Notes under the pieces: model-generated
What the model was told of the DNA's origin: nothing
Seen by the model: the letters and a program-made list of their open reading frames with translations, nothing else
Databases searched by the model: none
Translations under genes and position numbers: made by a program
Assembly (NCBI GenBank): GCA_027053075.1
Contig: JALUEE010000017.1
Location: forward strand, 1 to 56,160
DNA length: 56,160 nt
Source: a candidate division WOR-3 bacterium
GTDB taxonomy: Bacteria > Hydrothermota > Hydrothermia > B15-G9 > WFZT01
Reading direction: 5' to 3'
Shown: piece after piece, positions 28,679 through 37,230 of the stretch
Numbering within the stretch: the stretch's first letter is position 1
Layout: each line of letters opens with the position of its first letter

Positions 28679-30067
28679 ATGAAAGAGGTTCGCGTGAGAT
28701 TCGCCCCTTCACCAACCGGATACCTTCATGTTGGAGGTGCAAGAACGGCACTCTACAACTGGCTTTTTGCCCGAAACAGGGGTGGCAAATTTCTTTTAAG
28801 AATAGAAAACACCGACGTAAAGCGATCGAGCAAGGAGATGGAAGAGTATATTAAAGAGGCCATGCTCTGGCTTGGATTAAACTGGGACGAAGATATCGTA
28901 TATCAGCTTGACAGGCTTGAAATTTACAGAAAGTATGCAAATGAGCTGATTGAAAAGGGACTTGCATATTATTGCTACACTCCACCTGAGGAGCTTAATA
29001 AAGAGGGTGGTGGTGTGGAGTGTTTTGAGGTAAATCCTGACGAATACAGGGATAAGCCCCTCGCCATTAAATTCAGGGTTCCCAACGAGGGGACAACTGA
29101 GTTTGACGATATCATTAGAGGCCACATAACTTTTCAGAATAAAGACCACGGGGACTTTGTGATAGTTCGCTCAGACGGCATTCCCACGTACAATTTTGCC
29201 GTGGTAGTGGACGACCACTACATGGGAATAACGCACGTCATCCGGGGTGAAGACCACATCCCGAATACGCCAAAGCAGATACTGGTTTATCGGGCATTTG
29301 GCTGGGATGTTCCAGAATTTGCGCATCTGCCCATGATTTTAGGGCCTGACAAGAAACGCCTTTCTAAAAGGCATGGAGCAACATCGGTTCTGGAATATCG
29401 GGACATCGGAATTCTGCCCGAGGCACTTTTCAACTTTCTTGCCCTGCTTGGATGGTCACCTGGTGATAACCGTGAGATAGTGCCAAAAGAGGAAATGATA
29501 AAGCTCTTTGACCTGAAGCGGGTTGGTAAGAGGGCAGCGGTATTTGATCTCGATAAACTCTACTGGATCAACTCCGAGTACATCAGGATGAAGAGTGATG
29601 AGGAGCTTTATGAGCTCGCACTGCCATTTGTAGAAAAGGCAGGACTGGTTAAAACAGAAGCAGACCGTGAAAAGTTCAGGAAGGTCGTGCCGCTCCTAAA
29701 GGAGCGTGTAAAACTCCTTCGTGATTTTGTGGACCTTTCGGAATACTTTTTCCGCGATGTTGAGTCCTACGACGAGAAGGGTGTGAAGAAGCACTTTAAG
29801 GCTGGGGTTGAAGAGAGATTAAAGCTTCTTGTGGAGAGGCTGGAAAAACTTGATAGGTTTGATGAAAAGAGCATCGAGGAAGTCGTAAGGTCACTTGCTG
29901 ATGAGCTCGGGGTGAGTGCTGCGAAGATAATTCATCCCACGCGTCTTGCAGTTACGGGACGTACATTTGGCCCTGGCCTTTTTGAGCTCATGGCCGTCCT
30001 CGGAAAGGACGAGTGCATCAAACGCCTCAAACACGCCATCAAATGGCTTGAGGAAAGAAAATCCTGA
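28679..30067 (+). CDS. gltX: Glutamate-tRNA ligase
   Basis: RFAPSPTGYLHVGG, VIRGEDH, KRLSKR. Confidence 0.96.
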   Translation: MKEVRVRFAPSPTGYLHVGGARTALYNWLFARNRGGKFLLRIENTDVKRSSKEMEEYIKEAMLWLGLNWDEDIVYQLDRLEIYRKYANELIEKGLAYYCYTPPEELNKEGGGVECFEVNPDEYRDKPLAIKFRVPNEGTTEFDDIIRGHITFQNKDHGDFVIVRSDGIPTYNFAVVVDDHYMGITHVIRGEDHIPNTPKQILVYRAFGWDVPEFAHLPMILGPDKKRLSKRHGATSVLEYRDIGILPEALFNFLALLGWSPGDNREIVPKEEMIKLFDLKRVGKRAAVFDLDKLYWINSEYIRMKSDEELYELALPFVEKAGLVKTEADREKFRKVVPLLKERVKLLRDFVDLSEYFFRDVESYDEKGVKKHFKAGVEERLKLLVERLEKLDRFDEKSIEEVVRSLADELGVSAAKIIHPTRLAVTGRTFGPGLFELMAVLGKDECIKRLKHAIKWLEERKS

Positions 30068-30607
30068 GGATTTGATGGAAGGATTTAGGGGGTGGGGGAG
30101 ACTCAGGGCCTCTGACAGACCCATAGGATAATGAGGTTCAGATTGCCCATTTTGGGGTAGCAGGTGAATTTATGGTCTCGAATAAACCTCATGAGACCAT
30201 GTGGTTAGTTTAAGAATATTACCCATGCATTGCTCAGGAGAAGGCTCTAACCACCGTATGAAGCTTGTTCAAGCCTTATTCTTCAAGAACTTCCTTGTCT
30301 TCGTCAAAAATAATCTACCCTTTATGAAGGACTACCTCCCAATATACTTATACTTATTTCCTGACAAAAATACCTTTTTGGTACAGGAAAGCATCCAAAA
30401 AACAGAATACAAATATCCTCGACGAATTTTTCAAGTTCATGGAAATACATAAGCTACCTACCAAGAAAACATGGCAAAAGGGTTGAGGTGTTGTTCTTAG
30501 ATAGGTGGTGGGGTAAGATAAGAAGAATACCACCTTTTAAGTTTCAACATATTTCAGGACCTGATGTAGAAAACCTGATTTAAATTTAGTGATTTTTAGG
30601 TGAGGGA

Positions 30608-30907
30608 TTAATCCTGGTGGGGGCCAAGAATGAAAGATTTGATACTTTCCTGAATGTCTTCCAGTTTCTCTGGATTCAACTTGTAATAGGAGAAATTTTT
30701 AACCCTCCTTTTTACCACCAGACCTGTGCGCCACAGTATCCCCAGGTGTGCAGAGCAAACTGAGTGGGATATGCCCATCGCCTTTGCAATCTCGTTTACT
30801 GTCTTATATTCATGTGCGATAAACCTGAGGATTTTAAGGCGGGTAATATGGCCAAGGGCTTTGGTGTAAAGCTCTGTTCGTTTTTGTTTTTCGGTATAAG
30901 TTATCAT
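30608..30907 (-). CDS. ArsR/SmtB family transcriptional regulator
   Basis: KALGHITRLKIL, TVNEIA..MGISHSVCSAHL..L..GLV...R....YY; ATG 30907 is the likely start. Confidence 0.85.
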   Translation of the reverse strand: MITYTEKQKRTELYTKALGHITRLKILRFIAHEYKTVNEIAKAMGISHSVCSAHLGILWRTGLVVKRRVKNFSYYKLNPEKLEDIQESIKSFILGPHQD

Positions 30908-30919
30908 CGTGAAATCAAT

Positions 30920-30956
30920 GAGGGGTGGGGCGCCGCGGAGCGGCGCCCCACCCCTC
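30920..30956. terminator. Strong 17-bp hairpin between the SPW gene and the ArsR gene
   Basis: GAGGGGTGGGGCGCCGC-GGA-GCGGCGCCCCACCCCTC. Confidence 0.6.
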
Positions 30957-30963
30957 CTTCTTT

Positions 30964-31287
30964 TTAAGCCTCTTTTGGTTTCATCAGCGCTGCCCAGATT
31001 CCGAAGATAACCACAAGTATCCCTGTGATGATGTCGTTCCACATATTACCAGACTTACTACCAACTATGGACGGGATGAACGCAGCTATTATGAGCCAGA
31101 TTCCGAGAATCACGTTTATCCACTCAGGCCACCTGGACTTTGCCACCCAGGCCGCGAAGATGAGAATGAGTATACCTACGATAAGGTCATTCCAGAGCGA
31201 GCCACTCTTGCTCGCTGTTATAGATGGTATGAATCCGGCGATGATGAGCCAGATACCAAGTATGACATTCAACCAATCTTGCCACAT
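30964..31287 (-). CDS. SPW repeat membrane protein (two tandem repeats)
   Basis: W.NVILGIWLIIA.FIPSI..SKSG..WND...GIL duplicated; GGAGG RBS. Confidence 0.8.
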   Translation of the reverse strand: MWQDWLNVILGIWLIIAGFIPSITASKSGSLWNDLIVGILILIFAAWVAKSRWPEWINVILGIWLIIAAFIPSIVGSKSGNMWNDIITGILVVIFGIWAALMKPKEA

Positions 31288-31934
31288 AGCTTTACCTCCT
31301 TTTTAAAGATTATTTTATGTTTGTCTATTTAAATATTGGTGTATTTTCTAAAACTTGTCAAGGGGGTATCGGTCTTTCTCAAAAAATACTACCTTTTCCC
31401 TTCCTTGCCTAAGTACTTCGCCCATGGAAACGGGAAACAGCCACGATCCCTCTTTTCAAAGGAGGGACAAAATTTTTTTTTCAACTAATTTCAAGACAAA
31501 AGTTTGCCTCTCCCCTATGATATGATTACTAAGATTCCGGAATGGTATGTTAAAAAGCAAATCAAACTTAATGGAGTAAAGGCAAATTCATTTCCTCTCA
31601 TCACACTGCATGCCGGAAACGGGCAGTAGAAGGAATTTCTTCTTTTTTAACGATTTCTATCAAGGTTACATTAATTGTGTTCAAAAATTCTCAAACACAA
31701 AAGGCACCTTTCCCTTGGAAATACTTATGGGGAGTGATTGTAATGAGGGACTATATATGCCAAATTCTTCGTTTGGAATGAGTCTATCAAACTCTCCTGG
31801 AGACAAAAATGTTTCTTAATTTTTAAGCGTAATGCTTTCATCTACTTGCAGAGCAATCGGGAAAAACTTAGAACCAGTTGTCTCGCAAATATAGATTATA
31901 GAGAATGGATCCTTAAAAACAGGCCCTGCTGTAT

Positions 31935-31963
31935 TTGACACCTAAACAATGCAGGGATAAAAT
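31935..31963 (+). promoter_or_regulatory. Sigma70 promoter, likely for a leaderless transcript
   Basis: TTGACA-N17-TAAAAT; ATG 6 nt downstream; no SD. Confidence 0.75.
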
Positions 31964-31969
31964 ATTGTT

Positions 31970-32332
31970 ATGGTTACGCTGATGCTATTAATATCATTAC
32001 TTGGCTCGCCGGTTAACATTCCGGTGAATAGTGTGAGACCATCCGTGGCACGGGTGAGTTACCTCAAGCCCAGCAGATTTGAATTTTTCACCTACATGGA
32101 TTCCCATGGAAATATGCTCACTGGCAACCAATTTAGCTTCAATTACGGCAAAAATCTCAGAATTGGATGGGGGATATTAAACTACTCAAGAATTACGGAT
32201 AGACTAAAATTTGGCACTACATTTGGGATTCTATCCCTCGAGTATTCGAAAGATATCTGGGGTGGAAAGATTAAGATAGGCTATCAGCAGAGCTTCCCCT
32301 TACAGAGACGGGACTTATTCTGGAAAAACTAA
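31970..32332 (+). CDS. Hypothetical exported beta-strand-rich protein
   Basis: Short hydrophobic N-terminus; alternating aromatic/polar strands; own promoter; abuts next gene. Confidence 0.65.
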   Translation: MVTLMLLISLLGSPVNIPVNSVRPSVARVSYLKPSRFEFFTYMDSHGNMLTGNQFSFNYGKNLRIGWGILNYSRITDRLKFGTTFGILSLEYSKDIWGGKIKIGYQQSFPLQRRDLFWKN

Positions 32333-32791
32333 ATGTCTTCCTACAAACAACTGCAGGAGGAGATTCTTGCTGCATTCGGAGGAGCTCGAGACCTACAGTT
32401 GCTGAGTTTATTGGTTTATGGTGAGGCTCGTGGCGAAAGTCTCGATGGAAAAGCCGGCGTGGCATGGGTTGCAATCAACCGCAAGAATAGAGGAGGATGG
32501 TTTGGGAATTCCCTAAAACAAGTGATCCTGAAACCTTACCAGTTTAGCTGTTTTCTTCCTGGCGATCCGAACTTTAATATCCTTCTTAATATACTTGAGA
32601 ATTTTGACGACCGTATTAAAAGTGATCCTGTGTTTCGGGAGTGCTATTACATCGCAAAGGGGGTTATGGATGGCTGGATACGGGATGTTACACGTGGAGC
32701 CCTGTACTACCACTCAAAGGCTATCTCGCCGGGCTGGGCAAACACCTACAGTCGCAAGGCAGAGATAGGTAACCACGTTTTCTACGGATAG
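32333..32791 (+). CDS. Cell wall hydrolase, SleB/Hydrolase_2 family
   Basis: VYGEARGE, VAWVAINR, PYQFSC, GALYYH, IGNHVFY. Confidence 0.9.
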   Translation: MSSYKQLQEEILAAFGGARDLQLLSLLVYGEARGESLDGKAGVAWVAINRKNRGGWFGNSLKQVILKPYQFSCFLPGDPNFNILLNILENFDDRIKSDPVFRECYYIAKGVMDGWIRDVTRGALYYHSKAISPGWANTYSRKAEIGNHVFYG

Positions 32792-34180
32792 GTGCAGCAG
32801 TACAAAACTCCTGCATTCGTCGTATTTATATGCTTTTCCACCGGAATCATTCTCGGATTCCTCAAAAGTCCGGTCTTTGCCATTTTTTCTTTTATTGCAA
32901 TAAGTCTACTGCTCGTCTATCTAAGAATTTTCCCCTACATAATCCTCGTCATTCTGGGCTTTACTTATGTAAAAATCGATCTTAAAAAACTGAGAAATAG
33001 TGCTGAACTTGTTCCCTTCGCCCAAAAGGTGAGAGTTTCAGGACATATTGAAAATGAAAAATTCATCCGTGTGAATGAGATAGAAACCATTCATGATGTA
33101 AGAAGGATAAAAACGAAGTTTTTCATAAGAAATGCACCGGACATTGAATGTGGAAAAGTTACCATCTCCGGTGTCATCCGAAGGCCAAAGGGTAGTTTCC
33201 GGATTTATCTGCTCTCAAATAAAGCAAATGGAGTTCTAAAATTGCTGTATCTTAAGAGAATTCCCACCAGAAAATGCGCTCCTCGTGATTACATAAGGAA
33301 AGTTTTAAAGAGAAACTCTTGGGATATAGAGAATTTTTCCATCATGAGAGCACTCGTTCTCGGTGAAAGAATTGGTTTGTCAAAAGGTACTTTAGAACTC
33401 TTTAAAAGAACCGGAACCATGCATATTTTGGCACTTTCTGGGCTACATGTGGGGATCATAACCCTGATAATATTTGCGCTTTTCTCTCTATTTCGGATCG
33501 AGAAACGAATAGCCCTGATTGCAACTGGAGTCACCTTGACCCTCTATCTGTCTCTTATCGGATTTAAATCCTCACTGCTTCGTGCCTATCTGTTTTTCCT
33601 GGCAATCATTATAGCGAAGCTTTCAGAGAGAAAGGTAAGATACTTGAATATTTGGGGGTTCGCCGGATTTTTGTCCCTTGTTTATAACCCTCTATGGATT
33701 TTAAATGTTGGATTCCAGTTTTCATACATCACCACACTTGGGATAATTCTTACTATCATTCCCCGACTCAAGGGCATCAAAGGATATATCATTACAAGTC
33801 TTCTTACCTCTCTCGCGGCGACCCTGTTTGTTTCACCACTACAGATATACTACTTCAAGTTATTTACACCAGTATCAGTTCTCTCAAACCTCGTTGCGAT
33901 CCCCCTTGTTTTTGTCATACTTTCAGAAGTTCTTGTTGGGATTTTATTGAGTTTTCTGCACGCTGGTGTTATTGCTCAACTGTTCTTTGAGGTTGCAAAT
34001 CTCGCGATCAAGATTCTCCTTGGATTTCTAAAAGTTATCCTTCATCTCGGACTCAGTTATAGATTCGAAGAATCACCCATAAACGCCTACCAGGCTCTGG
34101 TATTAATTGCCTTTCTGGTAGTATTTACTATGGGTGTAAGAAGAGTGGTTACGGAGATAAAGAAACCAGATGAGGGATAA
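32792..34180 (+). CDS. comEC: ComEC/Rec2 competence membrane protein (no metallo-beta-lactamase domain)
   Basis: ALVLGER, TGTMHILALSGLHV, LLRA, GFQFSY, SNLVAIP. Confidence 0.88.
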   Translation: MQQYKTPAFVVFICFSTGIILGFLKSPVFAIFSFIAISLLLVYLRIFPYIILVILGFTYVKIDLKKLRNSAELVPFAQKVRVSGHIENEKFIRVNEIETIHDVRRIKTKFFIRNAPDIECGKVTISGVIRRPKGSFRIYLLSNKANGVLKLLYLKRIPTRKCAPRDYIRKVLKRNSWDIENFSIMRALVLGERIGLSKGTLELFKRTGTMHILALSGLHVGIITLIIFALFSLFRIEKRIALIATGVTLTLYLSLIGFKSSLLRAYLFFLAIIIAKLSERKVRYLNIWGFAGFLSLVYNPLWILNVGFQFSYITTLGIILTIIPRLKGIKGYIITSLLTSLAATLFVSPLQIYYFKLFTPVSVLSNLVAIPLVFVILSEVLVGILLSFLHAGVIAQLFFEVANLAIKILLGFLKVILHLGLSYRFEESPINAYQALVLIAFLVVFTMGVRRVVTEIKKPDEG

Positions 34181-35002
34181 TATCATGAGCGCAATGGCAA
34201 TAACGTGTGCCATTTTAACCCCATAAAGTTTCCATGTATCGAATCTCAAAAATTCCACCCAGAATCTCCCAAAGGAGTAAAGCCCAAGATATCCAAAAAA
34301 TATGTCACCATCTTTTTTCCTGCGCGACGATTTAAACTTTAGAAGCAGGAAAAATACAAAGAAATCCCAGAGAGATTCATAAAGGAATGTGGGATGATAA
34401 TAGGCATAATGCGCGTATTTTTCGAACCTGTACTGCGGAGGAATGTACATCTTCCAGGGTAGATTCGTTGGAACACCATATGCCTCGTGATTGAAAAAGT
34501 TACCCCATCTTCCGAGGGCCTGGCCAAATATTAACCATGGAGAAACTATATCCGCCAGTAGCAAGAAAGGCATTTTATAAACGCGACAAAGTATGTATCC
34601 CACGAGCAATCCACCGATTACCCCTCCATAAATCCCCAATCCTCCGTGCCAGGTTTTGATTATTTCACCGGGATGATACCTGTAATAATCCCAAGACGAA
34701 AACACGTGATACATTCTCGCACCGACAAAGGCTGCAATGGAAGACCAGAAAATGATTTTATCGAAGTCATCCACACTCAGTCCGTATTTTTTTACATCCC
34801 GGTGGGCAAAGATAAGGCCTATTACGAAGGAAACTGCTATGAAGAAGCTATACCACTTTATTCCAAAATTTCCTATGTGAACGAGATAAGGAGAAACATC
34901 CCTTGCGCCGATAAACACCTCATGGACAAAATAAACGAACCATATAAAAAATACTGCAATAGCAAGTCCTATAAAGATGTAAAAGTACTTCCTGAAGTTC
35001 AT
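34103..35002 (-). CDS. lgt: Prolipoprotein diacylglyceryl transferase
   Basis: GARMYHV, WHGGLGIYGG, QALGRWGNFFN.EAYG, HPTFLYES, RFWVEFLR. Confidence 0.95.
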   Translation of the reverse strand: MNFRKYFYIFIGLAIAVFFIWFVYFVHEVFIGARDVSPYLVHIGNFGIKWYSFFIAVSFVIGLIFAHRDVKKYGLSVDDFDKIIFWSSIAAFVGARMYHVFSSWDYYRYHPGEIIKTWHGGLGIYGGVIGGLLVGYILCRVYKMPFLLLADIVSPWLIFGQALGRWGNFFNHEAYGVPTNLPWKMYIPPQYRFEKYAHYAYYHPTFLYESLWDFFVFFLLLKFKSSRRKKDGDIFFGYLGLYSFGRFWVEFLRFDTWKLYGVKMAHVIAIALMILSLIWFLYLRNHSSYTHSKYYQKGN

Positions 35003-36075
35003 AGAGCTTTTTCAAGGAAAATTTTAAATATGTCGTAAAGCTGGTGAAGAGATTTAATGCTTACCCACTCATCTTTACCATGAATATTGCCTCCTACAGG
35101 GTATGTAACAATACTTGGAATTCCTTTCTCTGCGAAGAATCTACCATCAGTTGCTCCATGCTCCACACTAAACTCAGCTTTTCTTCCAAGAACTTCTTCA
35201 ACAGATTCCTTGAATTTCTGCACCATGGGGTGATCTTCAGGCGTAGAAACTACTTCGCCGTATGAGCGAAGTTCAACTTTCACCCTGTCTCCAGCTTTCT
35301 CAAGGACGTACGCGTGCATCTTGGACACAGTCCAGGGTTCAACAAACCTAATATCCAGTTCCATTTCTGCTTTGTCCGGGACAATATTTGCGGCTTCACC
35401 ACCTTTTAGAACTCCAAGATTAATGGTATTGTGCCAATGCTGTGGATCCCCACAGGGTTCTTTCGGAAAATCTTTTTTAAGGTCTTCGTAAAAATCAATA
35501 AGTTTATCCAGAGCGTTTATTCCTTCCCATGGACGAGAACCATGTGTAGAGGCACCAACAGCCTCAACATGGAAATGGGCTACCCCTTTACCTTTAATGA
35601 TTATACTAAAATTTTCCCCTCCATCCGGTATAACAGCGAAATCAGCGGAGTAATTTTGTTCTTTAAGGAGAAATTCCACACCGTCCCGGGAGCCAACTTC
35701 TTCATCAGTAGTTAGCATCAAAGATATCGGGAGATCTGACCCTTTGAGGTCTTTAAATAATTTAATCATAACGGCATCAGGGCCTTTCATATCGAGTGCC
35801 CCTCTACCGAACAGCTTATCGTTTTCAACAACTGGGTGGAACTGTATCTCATCTGCCTCTACAACGTCAAGGTGACCGACAAACATAATCTTATGATGTT
35901 TACCGGGTGAAAAAGATACCACCATGGAATGTTTCCCATTCCTCTCAAATCTTTCTTTTATAAAACCATCACCCAGATACGCATCAACAAAATCCACAAT
36001 ATTTTTAAGTTCTTCTGGATGTTCTCTGGTGGATTCAAACTCTATAAGTTTTTTGGTAAGCTCAACAAGATCCAT
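34999..36075 (-). CDS. M20 family metallopeptidase (ArgE/DapE-like)
   Basis: GHLDVV, GRGALDMKG, DEEVG, HGSRPW.G.NA, GATDGR, IHGKDE. Confidence 0.92.
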   Translation of the reverse strand: MDLVELTKKLIEFESTREHPEELKNIVDFVDAYLGDGFIKERFERNGKHSMVVSFSPGKHHKIMFVGHLDVVEADEIQFHPVVENDKLFGRGALDMKGPDAVMIKLFKDLKGSDLPISLMLTTDEEVGSRDGVEFLLKEQNYSADFAVIPDGGENFSIIIKGKGVAHFHVEAVGASTHGSRPWEGINALDKLIDFYEDLKKDFPKEPCGDPQHWHNTINLGVLKGGEAANIVPDKAEMELDIRFVEPWTVSKMHAYVLEKAGDRVKVELRSYGEVVSTPEDHPMVQKFKESVEEVLGRKAEFSVEHGATDGRFFAEKGIPSIVTYPVGGNIHGKDEWVSIKSLHQLYDIFKIFLEKAL

Positions 36076-36206
36076 TTTAACACCTCCTTTCGCATATTAT
36101 CAAATTCGCTCAGAGTATTATCAAGACGGGGCACAAGAAAACATATTGAGTTTTTACGAAATTTCAGTATCCCAATGGCAAACTATACTTCTGCCTGGAG
36201 AGAAAG

Positions 36207-36325
36207 TGTAACATTTTGTTACAGATTATTCAGTGTAACATTTTGTTACAGTTACATCCCGGGGGAATCAATTTTCGCAAAATTGGATTTTTCTTTTGTA
36301 TTACTGTAACATTTTGTTACAGTAA
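36207..36325. promoter_or_regulatory. Three identical 17-bp palindromic operator/enhancer sites
   Basis: TGTAACA-TTT-TGTTACA at 36207, 36234 and 36305; the third extends to TTACTGTAACATTTTGTTACAGTAA (36301-36325). Confidence 0.85.
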
Positions 36326-36384
36326 GCTCCACAGTTTTTAATAAAGTCTTTATAAGCTGTGCTAACTCCGGAACTTATGTGTTG

Positions 36385-36400
36385 TGGAAGCAAAATTGCA
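36385..36400 (+). promoter_or_regulatory. Sigma54-type -24/-12 promoter
   Basis: TGGAAGCAAAATTGCA: GG-N10-GC with TTGCA; 40 nt before the lipoprotein ATG. Confidence 0.6.
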
Positions 36401-36440
36401 TATTATAAAAACGTAAAAACTTTAAAAGGAGGTAAAAGTC

Positions 36441-36983
36441 ATGAAGAAGGTAGTCGCATCCATAATTGCCGTTGCCATGGTCCTGGTCCTGGCGAACGGC
36501 TGCAGCACTGTAGGGCAAACCACATATAAGGGGTTCAACAGTGTAAAGGCCTTCAAAATAGTAAACGCACCCGCGGCTAAGAGCAGTCTCCACTTTGAAA
36601 AGACCTTAACGCCAGGTCAGGGTGGTGTCGTATCAGGTTCTTACAACATTGGGAATGTGCAGGTAACATACACGGTGACTGTCCCAGCCGGTGCACTTCA
36701 CAACACAGAGACAGTAACTATTGATATTCCAGATGTCACAGAAGCAAGAGAGGACCTTGGTCCATCTCCTTACACATTCAACAAGCCGGTAACGGTAACA
36801 ATGTCCTTCAAAAATCTTCCCAACGTCCCTGATCCGTCCGATATTCAGGTTGCATGGTTTGACGCAAATGCAGGTGAGTGGATAGTGGTTCCTTCTACTG
36901 CAACTGTAAGCGGAAACGACCTTACTGTGACCTACAGAACCAGCCACTTTACCTACTGGATTATCATTGACCCCGACGAATAA
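36441..36983 (+). CDS. Lipoprotein with ZU5-like domain ending in an HFT motif
   Basis: Lipobox LANG-C21; GQGGVV, VPAGAL, LGP..TFNKPVTVTM, W, SHFTYW; AAAGGAGG RBS. Confidence 0.75.
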   Translation: MKKVVASIIAVAMVLVLANGCSTVGQTTYKGFNSVKAFKIVNAPAAKSSLHFEKTLTPGQGGVVSGSYNIGNVQVTYTVTVPAGALHNTETVTIDIPDVTEAREDLGPSPYTFNKPVTVTMSFKNLPNVPDPSDIQVAWFDANAGEWIVVPSTATVSGNDLTVTYRTSHFTYWIIIDPDE

Positions 36984-37012
36984 ACCTATAAAACCACCTG
37001 GGTGGTCTAGTC

Positions 37013-37216
37013 ATGGAAGCTGTCATGAAGGATATCAATTGGAACGACGAAATAGGAATTCTGGGGCGAGATAAGGACCTAATCATTTGGATATATGATT
37101 CCCTGAGTTCAGCATGGGGATTAAGCTCTAATCATCAATCCAGCACCGGAGGCATAAACAGTACGATATTTGACAAAGAGGCTCTGGATATATTTAAGGA
37201 GGAGATGAAATTATGA
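37013..37216 (+). CDS. Small hypothetical protein
   Basis: Fills the gap between the lipoprotein and TPR genes on the same strand; no motif recognised. Confidence 0.45.
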   Translation: MEAVMKDINWNDEIGILGRDKDLIIWIYDSLSSAWGLSSNHQSSTGGINSTIFDKEALDIFKEEMKL

Positions 37217-37230
37217 AAGGGGTGTAAAAT

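Noticed and set aside
30908..31042. N-terminal extension of the ArsR ORF (144-aa version)
   Set aside because: Runs through the GC hairpin and overlaps the SPW gene; the ArsR pattern begins at ATG 30907
30201..31819. Short ORFs in the AT-rich spacers (30201-30452, 31610-31819), likewise 9080-9295 and antisense ORFs inside long genes
   Set aside because: No RBS, motifs or coding-like composition; treated as shadow ORFs
32686..32701. Second parS-like site TGTTACACGTGGAGCC
   Set aside because: Right half is degenerate (3 mismatches); cannot be supported without ParB data
32333..32791. Prophage remnant around the cell wall hydrolase
   Set aside because: No holin, structural or integrase genes nearby
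36207..36322. Three identical repeats as a mini CRISPR array
   Set aside because: Repeats are only 17-18 bp with gaps of about 10 and 54 bp, and there are no cas genes; fits operator sites better
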